Shown piece after piece: positions 13,601-25,074 of a stretch of DNA of 64,000 nucleotides (position 1 is the first letter of the stretch; every line of letters starts with the position of its first letter). The stretch covers positions 124,001 to 188,000 of the forward strand of contig JAQGDQ010000135.1 in NCBI GenBank assembly GCA_030141605.1. Reading direction: 5' to 3'. The translations under genes were made by a program, and so were the position numbers. The DNA comes from Tubiluchus corallicola (Eukaryota > Animalia > Priapulida). The notes under the pieces were generated by a model. That model did no database searches. It had not been told where the DNA came from and saw nothing but the letters and a program-made list of their open reading frames with translations.

Positions 13601-15006
13601 CTTTCTGTACTTGGCTCCTTGATCAAACTGCCTGTGGCCCGCAGGAATTGCGAGAAAGTTTAATGTGGCCCGGCTAGTCAGATAATTTGCACACCCCTGA
13701 CTTAAACGTTTCTTTCTACTCTGAATAAATGTATTAAATACACATTAATTCTTAGTTGGTTTGCTGCATATTCCAGATGCGTGTGTATTATCTATACCCT
13801 CATTAATTAACTCAATGTTGGTACAAATTAAACTTCTAATGAGATAGTGAATTGCATCATCCTACTAATTCAGCATGTTAACGAAAAACACAGTTTGAAG
13901 TATTTGATAACTTACAGAAAAAAGTGCCCAAGATAAAGCAGAAAAACCACCTCCGTGTAATAATAACAACACAGGTCCTTCCGTTCCACATTCATATACT
14001 CTAAATGAGTGAACTAGTCAAGAAAATATATACAAAAATGTAATAGAATTAAACCTCTTTATTTGGGACAGCAAAAAAGTTCGCGTTAAGCGAGTTTAGC
14101 ATTACAAGGAGTTGCGTTAACACATACACGTCTATGCAAATACACACATTTTGTTTTGCCAAAAATTTGGGTATTAAGCGAGGTTGGCATCATAAAGGGG
14201 GTGTTATACTGAGGTTTAATTTAGTATTTCCGTCGGGTACCTGGGTACATGACTAACCGAGTAATTACGCGCATTGTTTATTACCTGAGCCAAATATTTC
14301 CACCCGGCTCTAACAATGAAAATGTCATTATTAAATTTTATAATACGATAGCTATTGTTAAAGAATTATAACTTTAAATGCAACCTTGTGCTGTGTACAT
14401 TGACAGTGTGCGAGGTTAACAGCCAGTAAGGAAATGGCAGACCAAATCATTTTTGCCGTAAAGGTGACTTAGAAAACACAGATTATAAATTCTTTACCAA
14501 GAGGTTAATTATGCAAATGAAACTGTTTATTAACCTTCAAAAACCTATTTCGGGCCACTAAAAAAGATACGAATAAACGGACTAATTTTAACAGCACACA
14601 AAAAATAATATGGATTGTTTTATTCCCCTAATCTCTATGTTGTATTAATAGTGCTCAGTGCGGCACTACTACTACCTAGGTTGACGCATTGATAAAGTGC
14701 ACAATTAAGTAATTAAGAAGTCAGGCAGATAAAAAATCAGTCATGTGTTTTATAGGGAAGCAGTAACTTTCGTAACTTACAGCTCGTGTGTTCAGGGCCA
14801 ATGATGCAAAAAATGCAAGCTTTAGTAAATTACCAAAATGGCAATTACTAAAATGCATCAGTGGTTGTTTTTGTTTGTGAATATAAATGATCGCAGTTTC
14901 TTCACTGTCACTGAATCTTAACAAGCGGGTACCCGACAGGTTATAAGGAAAAAGGTACCCGAGTCTGATGTTTGCAACCCATATAAACGCGAGTTTAATT
15001 GCACAC

Positions 15007-15055
<49 letters not shown>

Positions 15056-17700
15056 GTAGTACTCCAAAAATCATTACTTAACCTTGGAACAGACTTGATT
15101 AAAAACTCTTAAAAATAAAAATCAAAGGATATGCTGCCATCTGAACTTGCTACATCACGCTTTGAATCAAAATATTTGTCCCAAGAAACTGGTGTGTAAT
15201 CTTTTTTACGAATTAGATGTCGCCTTCCCTCGGCACTGTGAAAGTAACAAATTATTAGATATGATTTGTAAAAAATCCATATAGCAATAATTATTGTGCT
15301 ATACAAAAACACAAGAAATAGTGTGAACTTTCCGATGCTAAAATAGCTTTAGTAGTTAAAAGGCAACCAACTGTCAGTAGCAATTATGGCTGCCGGTTTT
15401 CAACTGCTAAATTTTAACTGTCACCTCCAGATCGTGCAACAAGGCAATCATAATTTGGGTTTTAATGAATCCCTTACCTTTTTACTACTGAGAAACCTAC
15501 TGCAAGTCAACTGCATATTCAAATACTACATTCTTAAATGTCCAAAAGATAAATATGTGTACTACAAACAGAAATAGTGGACATTTTTGGCTGTGTCAAA
15601 AACTGTGGTAAGATTCTGCTTCTATGACTGGAAATGCTTTATGTGACAGCTTTTCAAATGAAAAATTTTTGTAGTTAAGATCATAGTCATAGTTAAGATG
15701 TTTGTATGTACTGTTATGCTTGGCATTAAAAGCTTCAGTGAAATCAGAACTTGTCACTTTTTCACTAGTGGTCCGTAATTCAAGGCTGTGAAGGGCATAA
15801 TTGTGAATCCATTGAACTTGTCATGCTTGATTTTTATGAATTCAATTTCGTTTTAATAAAATCATTCAAAACTATAGCTTCTTGACAAATCACCAGCCTA
15901 CTTCTTAACTAAGTCCCTGTGTTGCTTTTCTTAGCAAACAAGCACACAATATAACCACACAAGTATTTCCTCCCCCAGTTATTAGTGAGTTTCAAAAAAC
16001 TGGAAAATAATTAATTTCACAAGCATTTTAACATTAGCACATTCAAACCCGATTTTTTAAGGAAAATACAAACTAGCATATTTTTTAGAAGCTAGCAAAA
16101 CCTCATATAAGCATTTTGAATAATGTTAAAAAAACAGTGTGAACAGGAAAAGAATATAAAAAACCTAACTCAGGTTTTTAGCTGCAAAATGCGATGTATT
16201 AGACAGTTGTGCCATCTGTTGTTCTTGTAGTTACACTGATTTAACCGGCAAAATATAATGTGGCACACTGTGTGTGTGACTTCATCTGTCTTACGCTGAG
16301 TTTGAGATGTGAAATTTCTGCTATTTAGCCAGGAATTTATCGATCAATGCTCGTGCTTGTCTAGGTGTTTTCATAAAAAATTTACATCATCTTGTAGCCC
16401 AGCTCTTTCTCTTTCTAAAGAGTTACAAAACTTTTAAACATTCACATAACAGGCCCGACAAACGTATTTTCTCGACAATGTTTTAGATGAGAAATCTCCA
16501 CTATTTTCGCCCGGAATTAGTTGATTGTTGTTCACGCTCACTTAAGTGTTTTCCGGAAAAACGTAGAGCATCTTGTAGCCCAGTTCTTTCTCTTTCTAAA
16601 GAGTTATAAAACTCCCTTAAACATTCCCGCAACAAGCCCGACGAACACTTTTGTTGACGATGTTTTGCAAACATTTCAATACTGAAATTGGCGACTCTTA
16701 CCTTTAACCAGTTATATTGAGGTTTAGTGTTCACCAAAATCAGCGAAAGAGACACCATTCGGTTCATCTAATCGAGGCCTTTCAGTTGATATATTACACG
16801 TCACTGTTACTCGAAACTGGAAGCATTGGTGTCCCCGACCCCCTCGATTTTGGTTTTTGCCACCTACTGACAAGTTTTTCGGTACGCAAATGACTCATAT
16901 TCAACCATGTACAACAAAATGACACCACCTAGCTACGTACCAAAATATGGCCCTAGCTCGATAACTGTAGGAGGAGATCCAGCCTAGCGAAAAAAAAAAC
17001 AAAAAGCCTAGCCTGCTCTGTGACCTTTGACCCACGGGTAACGGGTCATGTGCAAACATAATCCCCTGCCCGGGGAGAGTGTCCTGTGAGTTTCGTGAAG
17101 CTAGCCCTGTGTGTGTGTGTGAGTTATAAAAGAAACAAAATGTCACAAATAATAATAAAAATAAAAACTGGGGGTAAATCAAGAAGATTCTGCTGTAAGC
17201 AGAACCTTAATTACAGCCACAAAGTAAAACCAAAGTTATGACTATTAAACTTATATACTCAATATACATCTATATTATATTGAGCAGTTTCAGCAGCATG
17301 TAGCGACTGTGTGCTGCATTTCAAAATATTGCGATTCCAAGCTTTCTCACAGACAGAAAGTTTCTGGATGTGTACACAATCTAATAAAGCACTTTCATAA
17401 GTAACAAAGCTCTATAAATATACCAGGTCTTAGAAAATGACATTTGATAAACACAAAATAATGAAATTCACAAAAGACAAATTATTATACAATCTATGAT
17501 AAAACAAAAGCAAATAAAAAAAGCACGTTTAAAGAAATAAAACTCGCAAGAAGATAGTTTTTTACAAGCACAACTGCCACATCTTTTTCCAAACGCCGCA
17601 TCAGATCTATTAATTTTACTAACCCTGGTGCAAAACGATAAGAAGGGTATGGTGGAGGTGCATTTCCCAAAAGTGTGCGTTTCCGTAGTGCGTCCGACAT
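4613..17700 (-). CDS. PPME1: Protein phosphatase methylesterase 1 (PME-1), 13 coding exons
   Basis: Exons 17624-17700, 15133-15235, 13916-14008, 12630-12739, 11694-11762, 11173-11258, 10031-10121, 9703-9768, 8006-8232, 7437-7547, 6160-6224, 5780-5847 and 4613-4631 join in frame. Motifs: GPVLLLLHGGGFSALSW, DMRGHG, nucleophile elbow GHSMGG, IDVVEG, RNLESAKVSM, DRLDKDLTIGQMQGKFQ, GHAVHED, C-terminal TFPAC* (human ends in FPGC). Confidence 0.96.
6405..7366. mobile_element. Tc1/mariner (pogo/Tigger-like) non-autonomous element
   Basis: ~26-bp TIRs CAGTAGGCACTGCTTAATAGACTCAC and GTGAGACTATTAAGCGGCACCTACTG, each flanked by TA; no transposase ORF; lies in a PPME1 intron. Confidence 0.85.
8850..9620 (-). 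mobile_element. Degenerate CR1/L2-type LINE reverse-transcriptase fragment
   Basis: Minus-strand remnants of RT motifs LYIDFLKA (about 9323-9350) and (G)VPQG-IL (about 9185-9206), plus FNALP near 8890; broken by stops and frameshifts. Boundaries approximate. Confidence 0.65.
10560..10661. mobile_element. Mutator-like MITE with internal CCCTAA repeats
   Basis: 9-bp direct repeat GCAGGTAAT at 10551-10559 and 10662-10670; inverted arms AGTTCACAATTCCCCA and TGGGGTATTGTAAACT; central CCCTAACCCTAA. Confidence 0.65.
12150..12583 (+). mobile_element. Probable 3' remnant of an I/Nimb/Loa-type LINE with (CAA)n tail
   Basis: Degenerate INHTQF ... VTVPIILQC resembles the GHT...LTVxHILxxC C-terminal motif of these LINEs, and is followed by a (CAA)n tail at about 12565-12583. 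Confidence 0.4.
13199..13699. mobile_element. hAT (Charlie-like) MITE, 501 bp
   Basis: Perfect TIRs CAGGGGTGTGCAAATT and AATTTGCACACCCCTG; perfect 8-bp TSD ACTTAAAC (13191-13198, 13700-13707); repeated subterminal GCGGCCCG motifs. Confidence 0.93.
14046..14222. mobile_element. Short Tigger/pogo-like MITE (same family as 52317-52491, opposite orientation)
   Basis: Terminal AATTAAACCTC and GAGGTTTAATT inverted repeats; the interior resembles the reverse complement of the 52.3-kb copy. Confidence 0.6.
15011..15052. repeat. (AT)n microsatellite
   Basis: Long AT run inside the AT-AC intron. Confidence 0.95.
15572..17212 (-). mobile_element. Helentron-associated non-autonomous element (HINE/DINE-like) with internal ~180-bp tandem repeat
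   Basis: Terminal hairpin AAGATTCTGCT-gta-AGCAGAACCTT (17184-17208); matching subterminal repeat TAAGATTCTGCT at 15609-15620 next to a second palindrome (15581-15606); internal TGACCTTTGACC, (GT)n and an (AAT)n tract; two ~180-bp tandem units at about 16310-16670. Confidence 0.6.
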
Positions 17701-20700
17701 CAACACTCAATAGATGATAACTCAGTCTGGCCAATATGATTCTTTTTTCAGTGTTTTAGTGGCATAATAACTTTTACATGGCACCTGAAAATTTAGCATT
17801 TTGTTACAAAAAAGGAAATGTTAATGCGGAAATCACTTCTTGTCTATTTGTTCCTTTCCGGGAACATACATACATGAATACAGATACTACATGTGAGGGA
17901 AAAAAGTTGTGACAGTGGTCACAGTATGTTCTCTGTTACGAATGTTGAGCGATTAAGTAATTTTTGTCGTTTAAGCACAGTTGAGTCTAGTTAGCAAGTA
18001 GATGAGTGTTATCTGCTTCCAAGGGACCTGCTACATTGTCCTGAGCTATTTTTTTTAAAAAGGGGGGGTGAGCCTTGCCGTTATTATGAGCAATCATTGC
18101 TATACCACATTCAAATAATGCAGAAGAGGTGTTTATACTCATAAAACTAAACTTAGAGATAGCCTGAAAATAGCAGCTGGAAACGCCCACTCTTCTTTAG
18201 TGGTTGCTAATACGAATTACTCCAGTTACTAGTAAGAGACAATTAAAGATACCAGGGTATGCTAATCAATATACAACATCTGCAAAACATGGCATTGATG
18301 CAATGCAGGAAGCAACATTGGCATTCGTAAAAATATGATTGCTTTAAACATTATCTAAATAAATTTTATTATGCTAATTACTTTACTCACAATACAACAA
18401 AATAACGGATTATACGATTCAGTTCGGTCAAGCCTACTTCCCAAAAATAACACATATACTGGTTATTAATAAATTCTTTGATTTTTGTCACTAAGAAATG
18501 TATCAAATGCGTCCCCGGACCTTGCTTTAGGAGTTTACAGCGCTAAGTTACAACGCGACAGTTCTAAGACAACACAAAAAGCTATTATTACAACAATTTT
18601 ACACTCATTTTATGATTTACATAATATTTCTTTTAATTTGTAATATGACAATACAAGCACTCTTCGAATGTTCTCGTATAAGAAATGAGTCTGGTCAACT
18701 GCTACAGGATCACAGATATGATGAAAATGTAGTCCACTGAGTTCAAAAACTACCAACAATCAGCGCAATTATACGGAATTTACTAATATTAGCAAAGACA
18801 CTTTTTACGCTCTATGGCTCAACTACCGATCCTGAGGTAATAACAACGTGCCATGCAGGATTTCTGGAACTAAAATTTATTTAGTAGTAAAACAGGGACG
18901 TTAAAGTGGTGAAACATTGTGATTGGGTAATAGTAATGCAGATGTACAGTGCCTGGAACGGTTATAGAAAGAGTCAGATTTATAAGTTTCTCCAAGGTAG
19001 AACAAACCTACTGCAGGAATCAAGTCTCTTCCAGCTTGGGGAGATACATGAGCAAAACCCTTACCATTAACTAAAAACCTCGCTTGTTCCAAAGTAATTG
19101 ATTAGTTTCATATTACTTGTAATTTAAGTTTTATGTTGTTACCAAATACAAGATGTTGACACACTATTCTGCATCACAAAACAGCATTAATTTGAAAGTT
19201 TGGTTAAGATTTGACTACCCAACGTTTGGCAGACCTGTTAATGGATATTTACAAGGTCTGTCTGTTGTTCAATCCCATATTGCTCACATAAGTCTTTTAG
19301 AATGATCATATGTAAGTTTTATAGCAAAGCACTGTGAACTAATTTTATTGCAGTTCATACATGTAACAAAAAGGCAAGATAAACAGAATCAACGACCTAT
19401 GTACATCTTTAGGAGCTTTTCAAAAGAACAAAAAATGCTGGTTTATTTTTATGATGCATTTGTGTTTAAAACTCACATCATTTTGTTATACATACACAAT
19501 TCAATCACTAAATTTCAGTTCTTAAAAGTAATGAAAAAGAAAAATTAAAAAGTCTTATGTCTTACATTTTTTATTAGTATGAAAACAATTTCAAACAAAA
19601 ATTTTGGTCACAGACATTTTTTAAAAACTGATACGTATTTATAACTTTTTTTATAGGAAATGAATAAAAATATGAAACAATTATATAACACCTCGCAAGC
19701 CAGATTGCTCATCTGCTTTCACAGCCAGCCCCGTATATTGGTACTATTAAACGAGGTCGTTTCTTTCTACTTTTTTCACGCATCATTCTTCTGTAAAATT
19801 TAAATAATTTGCTGTCTAAAAAAACCAATAAATGGACTCGTTTTAGATTAGCTGCACAATAAGAGTAAGCATACAAATACAGTATTACAGTAGTTGTATG
19901 CGTTGGTAACAAGATAACACACATATGACAGCAATAATAATAATGACTATTATACGTATTACAATAATTAACTCTGACTAACTAATTACATTTCAATTAC
20001 ACAGTTTAACTAGTAGTAACAATCATGAAAGTGGCTTGCCTAATTGTGACTCGCCAAAACGATCATTCAGTTCACATTACTATAGTTACTATAGTGGAAT
20101 ATGAAAATCAATAAATAATACATTTATGAACAACATCCTTCCTCAAATGCAGCTCTGTTACATCAACCAATTTGTCATGCTAAAACGAAGGCGAAAACTA
20201 TAAAATCTTTACAAACCCAAAAGAAGTACAAGCATAAAGTGAACAGACACCACGCTGGGTTCTGCAAATATCTTGTTTTGGCTTTCATCCATCGTTTTCA
20301 TTACAGTTAATAAAATAAAACAACTTCAAAATTGGTTTCATTCGCCCAGCTTGAATCTTCCAACGCAGGATTGGAAAAAATGGCTAATTCAAACAAGTAA
20401 GCATTATACTGTCCAAGGGAAGGGCATGCAGTGAGCAGAGCCTGCTATAATGATAAACCTGGCAGTTACTAATTAATGTTTACAGCCTTTGAGAAACAAT
20501 ATTAATTAATACTAGGTATCAGTAACATCTAACTATGGTATTATTAACTAATTCTCCATATCAGCAACAAATGTAACTATAATATTATTAACTAGTGCTC
20601 GATATATTCAACACATGTAACTGCCACTACACTATCATTAATATTACAATGTAGCTAGGTGCCTTTAAGGTGCAAATACTCATAAAATAATGGATCTCTA

Positions 20701-21044
20701 TGCAAAAACTGCTACCCACCTAATAAATGTTCCAGTGGAATTTTCGTGAACAGACAAATTTAGCAGCTGTATTAGCAACATGGTGAAAACATTCGTTCCT
20801 GGTTTATCAAAAACAGCTTCTCTTAGTGATTATTTAGTCACTCAATTGATTTGGTGTAAAACTGTATGATTATAAAACTGATGTCATACATTACATTCAC
20901 AGCTGCAATTACTAAGTATCAAGAAAAAGCAAGAAAGGATTCTTGGTTATAAAATTAATATGATTCTAAACTAATATGATTCTAAATAGGTAATTTAACG
21001 AAGATGCACAACCTACAGTTAATTAAATTTTGATACCAAACATC

Positions 21045-21272
21045 AGAAAGACAGAAAATATGAAAATGTTGGGATACAGACTGTGTGTGTGATGGATTTA
21101 AACCAGGGTCAATCTCCTTACAAGACATGCCTTAGATGACTAGGCCAGTGTATTCATCCAGGGATGAAGGCATCCCAAAGTTGGCATAGTGGTTTAAGAT
21201 GTGCCTTGTAAACAAAAGGTTGCTGCTTTGAACACAGACTATGTCTTAACTTTTTAAAATTTCCTGTTTTGA
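21045..21272. repeat. Palindrome made of two divergent, degenerate tRNA-like (SINE-head) arms
   Basis: Left arm on the minus strand has an A-box-like TGGCCTAGTCATCTAAG and a B-box-like GGTTTAAATCC; right arm on the plus strand has TGGCATAGTGGTTTAAG...GCTTTGAA; the outer flanks are also inversely similar. Confidence 0.55.
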
Positions 21273-21979
21273 ATTTATTACTATCATTAATAATAATAAC
21301 AATCAATTTTTAGAAAGAGAACTGCAAACTGATGAAACAGTGTTAGACTTAGTTGCAAGTTTACAACTGTGAAAAAAAGAGATCACCATTATGGAAATAA
21401 AATTAATTAACGAAGTTATAAGAAAGCCAATTTTGGGGAAATTTTTTTGGAATGTCAGTAGACAACTTTAGCTAGTCAACATTGCTTTTTGCAACTAACT
21501 GGTTTTGAAAGCTAAACTTAAATGTAACCAAAATCGTTGCCAACCATTAAATGACGGATGTGGAGACTCAGGATTCAAGTCTATTGTGCTGAATAATTCA
21601 ATAATGTACATAGCTGCACAAAAAACATTGCTACTTTGCACTTGAAAATTGCCAATGCACATGACATGTACAAAATAAACTTTCTTAAATAGGCCACGTC
21701 AAATGTCCGTATGTACGTAGAGTAATCCCAAAGAACGGGTGATAACTTTGGAGAATGCGCACAGCCTTTATTACAATTTAGTCTTAAATAGTCACAAGTG
21801 TGAGATTAAAGATTAAACATGCTTGGATGATTAATATTTGTATAGGATTTTAATAAATTGTTCATTTGGCTTCAACAAGTTGATTATTACAATGACGTCA
21901 TAAATTAAGTTGAATCCATCTCTTAAAATAAGAACCAGTGCTCTTTAATGCAGTTCTGTTTTGTTCATTACAATTCTGT

Positions 21980-23359
21980 CTAAACAACCACAGGTGGTTT
22001 AAGGTCCTTCTTCACAACATAAAATTTGTACTTGTTTCCAAAAAAGCCCCATATGACTGCTATGTTTTCTATGAGTACATTAAATGGCACAGTACAACAC
22101 GCACCAGCACAGTACAAGATGAACTTACACACGCCTATACGATAAACGCTAAAAGATTTTGCAACACCAAATGCGTACATGTAGAGACTCATACCTCCAA
22201 CAGCACAGCAAAGAATATCAAAAAGCTGATGATTTGGTATTGGAAAATAGTAACTTAACAGCAGATTAGATGTTGCTAAAGGCATCGACATCCACACATA
22301 CAGGGCAAATGCTAAGCAAAATTTGTTCCGCCAAGGAATTTCAGGACTGTGCACGACTAGAAAAATTCCCTGCATCCAACGCTTTCTCTGCTGAAGGAAA
22401 TCCCAAATGCTAAACGGGCTCTTTTCCCACATTTCACCTTCGATAAAGTCAAACGAATACCCATCCCGATAAGCCACTAGAGCAAAGAAACTATCCTCAG
22501 CAACGGAGCCATCATTGCCATGGTCGTAGGTAACTTTGCGTTCTGCACCTGCCCGGGTTACAACATAAGAGCCTTTCCAGCTGAACAGGGGTTTATGAAA
22601 AACACGAAATTGAAACCTGAGCTTGCCCATGTCTGACGAGATGCGGTACATGTCAGACAATGTTGTTAGCCAATTCACAACAGTCTCATTAGCATACGTG
22701 ATTAATCCTTGTCCAAAATCGTGCTTGCCATCAGTGATAAAGTTGATAATACCTCGGACTGAATTATCTGTAAGCAATGTCTCTTCGTCTAAATGCACTA
22801 TCCAGTCATCCGCATTCAAAATGTTAACTTCATCTTCTAAACAATACTGCAGGGCTCGGGCCTTAAACTTGGCTCCAGTCTTTGTAGTGTATGTGCTCGG
22901 TACAACTAATTCACGTACTCGTGCATTTTTTGGTAGATTTAATGCTTTATCTGTGACAACTTCAAAAAGAAAATTGTCAGCGCCTACGTCTAAACAAGTA
23001 TTTATATTTCGAGTTAAATTATCTTTCACCAAGTCAGGATAATCACCTTTAGTTACTACACGCACGCAGAAAAATGGAGCAAGTAATGGTGAATTCTTCA
23101 ACTGAGGTTTCTCTGGAAATGCATTATAAAATACTAGTCCTAGAAATTCAAACACACATAGTGGCAGTGGTAAGAGAGACATAAATCGGATGACATACAA
23201 AATGATCGTCAACACTAATCCATAATCTTGTACTGGGTCAACATTGTCAAATCGTCGGTGTCCTAACCGTATGCCGCCAGCTATGACATTGAAACCAATA
23301 ATCCATGTTAAGCAAGTGAAACAGTGCAAGAGATGTTTAGTTCGACTTCCAAGTGCCAT
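21980..23359 (-). CDS. egh: Beta-1,4-mannosyltransferase egghead/bre-3 (GT2 family), paralog A, 459 aa, single coding exon
   Basis: Colinear with Drosophila Egh: TKHLLH, GLVFYNAFPEK, FKARALQYCLED, DWIVHLDEETLLT, FGQGLITY, WKGSYVVT, SVAED, EKSPF, QQRKRW (GT2 QxxRW), hydrophobic N- and C-terminal segments. Confidence 0.97.
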   Translation of the reverse strand: MALGSRTKHLLHCFTCLTWIIGFNVIAGGIRLGHRRFDNVDPVQDYGLVLTIILYVIRFMSLLPLPLCVFEFLGLVFYNAFPEKPQLKNSPLLAPFFCVRVVTKGDYPDLVKDNLTRNINTCLDVGADNFLFEVVTDKALNLPKNARVRELVVPSTYTTKTGAKFKARALQYCLEDEVNILNADDWIVHLDEETLLTDNSVRGIINFITDGKHDFGQGLITYANETVVNWLTTLSDMYRISSDMGKLRFQFRVFHKPLFSWKGSYVVTRAGAERKVTYDHGNDGSVAEDSFFALVAYRDGYSFDFIEGEMWEKSPFSIWDFLQQRKRWMQGIFLVVHSPEIPWRNKFCLAFALYVWMSMPLATSNLLLSYYFPIPNHQLFDILCCAVGGMSLYMYAFGVAKSFSVYRIGVCKFILYCAGACCTVPFNVLIENIAVIWGFFGNKYKFYVVKKDLKPPVVV

Positions 23360-24899
23360 TATTTATTATTCAACACAAGCAATACCACAAAGGAACACAA
23401 TAAATCACCAGTGTAGATTGCTGAACCAAATTATGCCAGACCTGCAAAAGAAAGTGACATATGAGTTTCTTTTCAAAATTAGGTTAATATAAAGAAGTTC
23501 TTTTATTATAAACGAACTTATGTTTACGTTAGGTGAGTTTAATTGAATGCAAGTACAGTTTTATAACTTATGTTTCAGTTGTAACAGCTAAACAGGAAAT
23601 TTATGGAAAAACAAAAAAGTGGTTTAACTGTGTAGGAGTTTTAATAAGTTCTATGATTCGGTTTTAATTTTTGTAAAAACATTCACAATGACAACATATA
23701 AATATCTTACAGTTGCAGAAAGTATTGAAAACACTATTAATTTATGTACGGATTGCGAAATTAGGATAGCAAATCGGTAAACAAAATAAAGAAATTATAG
23801 ATTGTTAAGCTACGACTTGAACAGTTTTTCTGAAACTGGCAGTTAAAAGTAATTTAACATTTGTGTTCATTATTTATTTCCCATAAAAACAAACTTGAAT
23901 CATTAATTAAGTGAATGCAGAATGATAATATGACCACAGCAAAGTGTAATCATGCATAACAGCATGTAAAAAATTTGCTGTCAAAACCCTTCACTAAAAC
24001 GCATAACACACAAACAATAAATCCACGCAACAACTAAATAGGCTTGCAAAAATTGTGTTGAAACTACACGTACTAGCACAAATACACGGTTCTTTTTTTT
24101 ATTGTAAAAATCAAATTTTAAACATTTGTAAGAATTTCCAAAAACTACTAGATAAAAAGATAACAGCATTCTTAATTTTAAAATTTAAAAATTATTATAG
24201 TGCTATTCAATTTGTCCAGTTTGACGAAATTAACTTTGTTATGAGTTGGATGAAATCACTTTTATGCAGCAGAATGTTTTCAACCTATTATATATAAATT
24301 GCAAGATAAGCAGCTCTTAAATAATAATAATAAAAAAACCTCAAATCCAGTTTGTATTCAGTCCAAATCATGTAAAGTAGTTTACAGCTCTAGGCAATAA
24401 TAAAAACGCAAAATTCATAAAACCCAAAAAATCTAATCTACATAAATATTTCCTCAACTTATATTAGAGCTTTTGAACCCAGTCATTTTGAAAGTTAATT
24501 TTACCAAAAGTTGTAGTTAAACTGAGAACAGTAAACAAAGAGCGTTAAAATGAATCCAGTGACGGATAATGAAACAGAATACTAAATGGCAGACATCAGA
24601 TGTGTTGGCATTAGTCAAATTTGTGGGTCTATTTTTCAAAATACAGTTATTTAAAGATAAATAGTTTGCGTTGCTTGCATTGTGTACAACGGTAATCAGA
24701 CCTTTTGAATACCAAAAATTTTGACTATGCCAGAGATCACGTCACATTTGCTAATATATAGGAAAGATGTAAGATATGACCAGAAAAATAAATCACAAAA
24801 ACAATAAATGTCTTATTCCATACACACATGCAATGCAGGGGGGAACTTCGGGAAAGATAGCAGAAATTAGAAATAGAATAGCATGATCATTACACTGGA

Positions 24900-25000
24900 T
24901 TGTCACTCATGTGCCGCACTCTAAGAAGTCTGTTCAGTGTGAACGATGTCACTCACGTGCTTCACTCTAAACCAGTTCAGTGAGAATGACTGGCACACAT
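24900..25000. repeat. Short ~45-bp degenerate tandem repeat
   Basis: TGTCACTCA(T/C)GTGC..CACTCTAA...GTTCAGTG occurs twice, with a partial third copy. Confidence 0.65.
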
Positions 25001-25074
25001 GTTTAAATAACATTACCACATATGGACACCGCAGGAAGTATTTTTCTTTTGTTGATGTTAACATCCGATGAAAA

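Larger units (their letters stand above)
14009..15132 (-). other. U12-type AT-AC intron (PPME1 intron between coding exons 2 and 3)
   Basis: 5' site ATATCCTTT at 15132; branch-like TTTTCTTGAC at 14026-14017; ends in AC at 14010-14009. Splicing gives in-frame ...SSDGS|SFRVYECG..., matching PME-1 (human DTFRVYKSG). Confidence 0.9.

Noticed and set aside
14225-14983. Possible hAT-like element with GGGTACCCG motifs at both ends
   Set aside because: Termini and TSD could not be resolved, so it is not called as a feature.
22623-23042. 139-aa plus-strand ORF
   Set aside because: Antisense shadow of the egh-A coding sequence.
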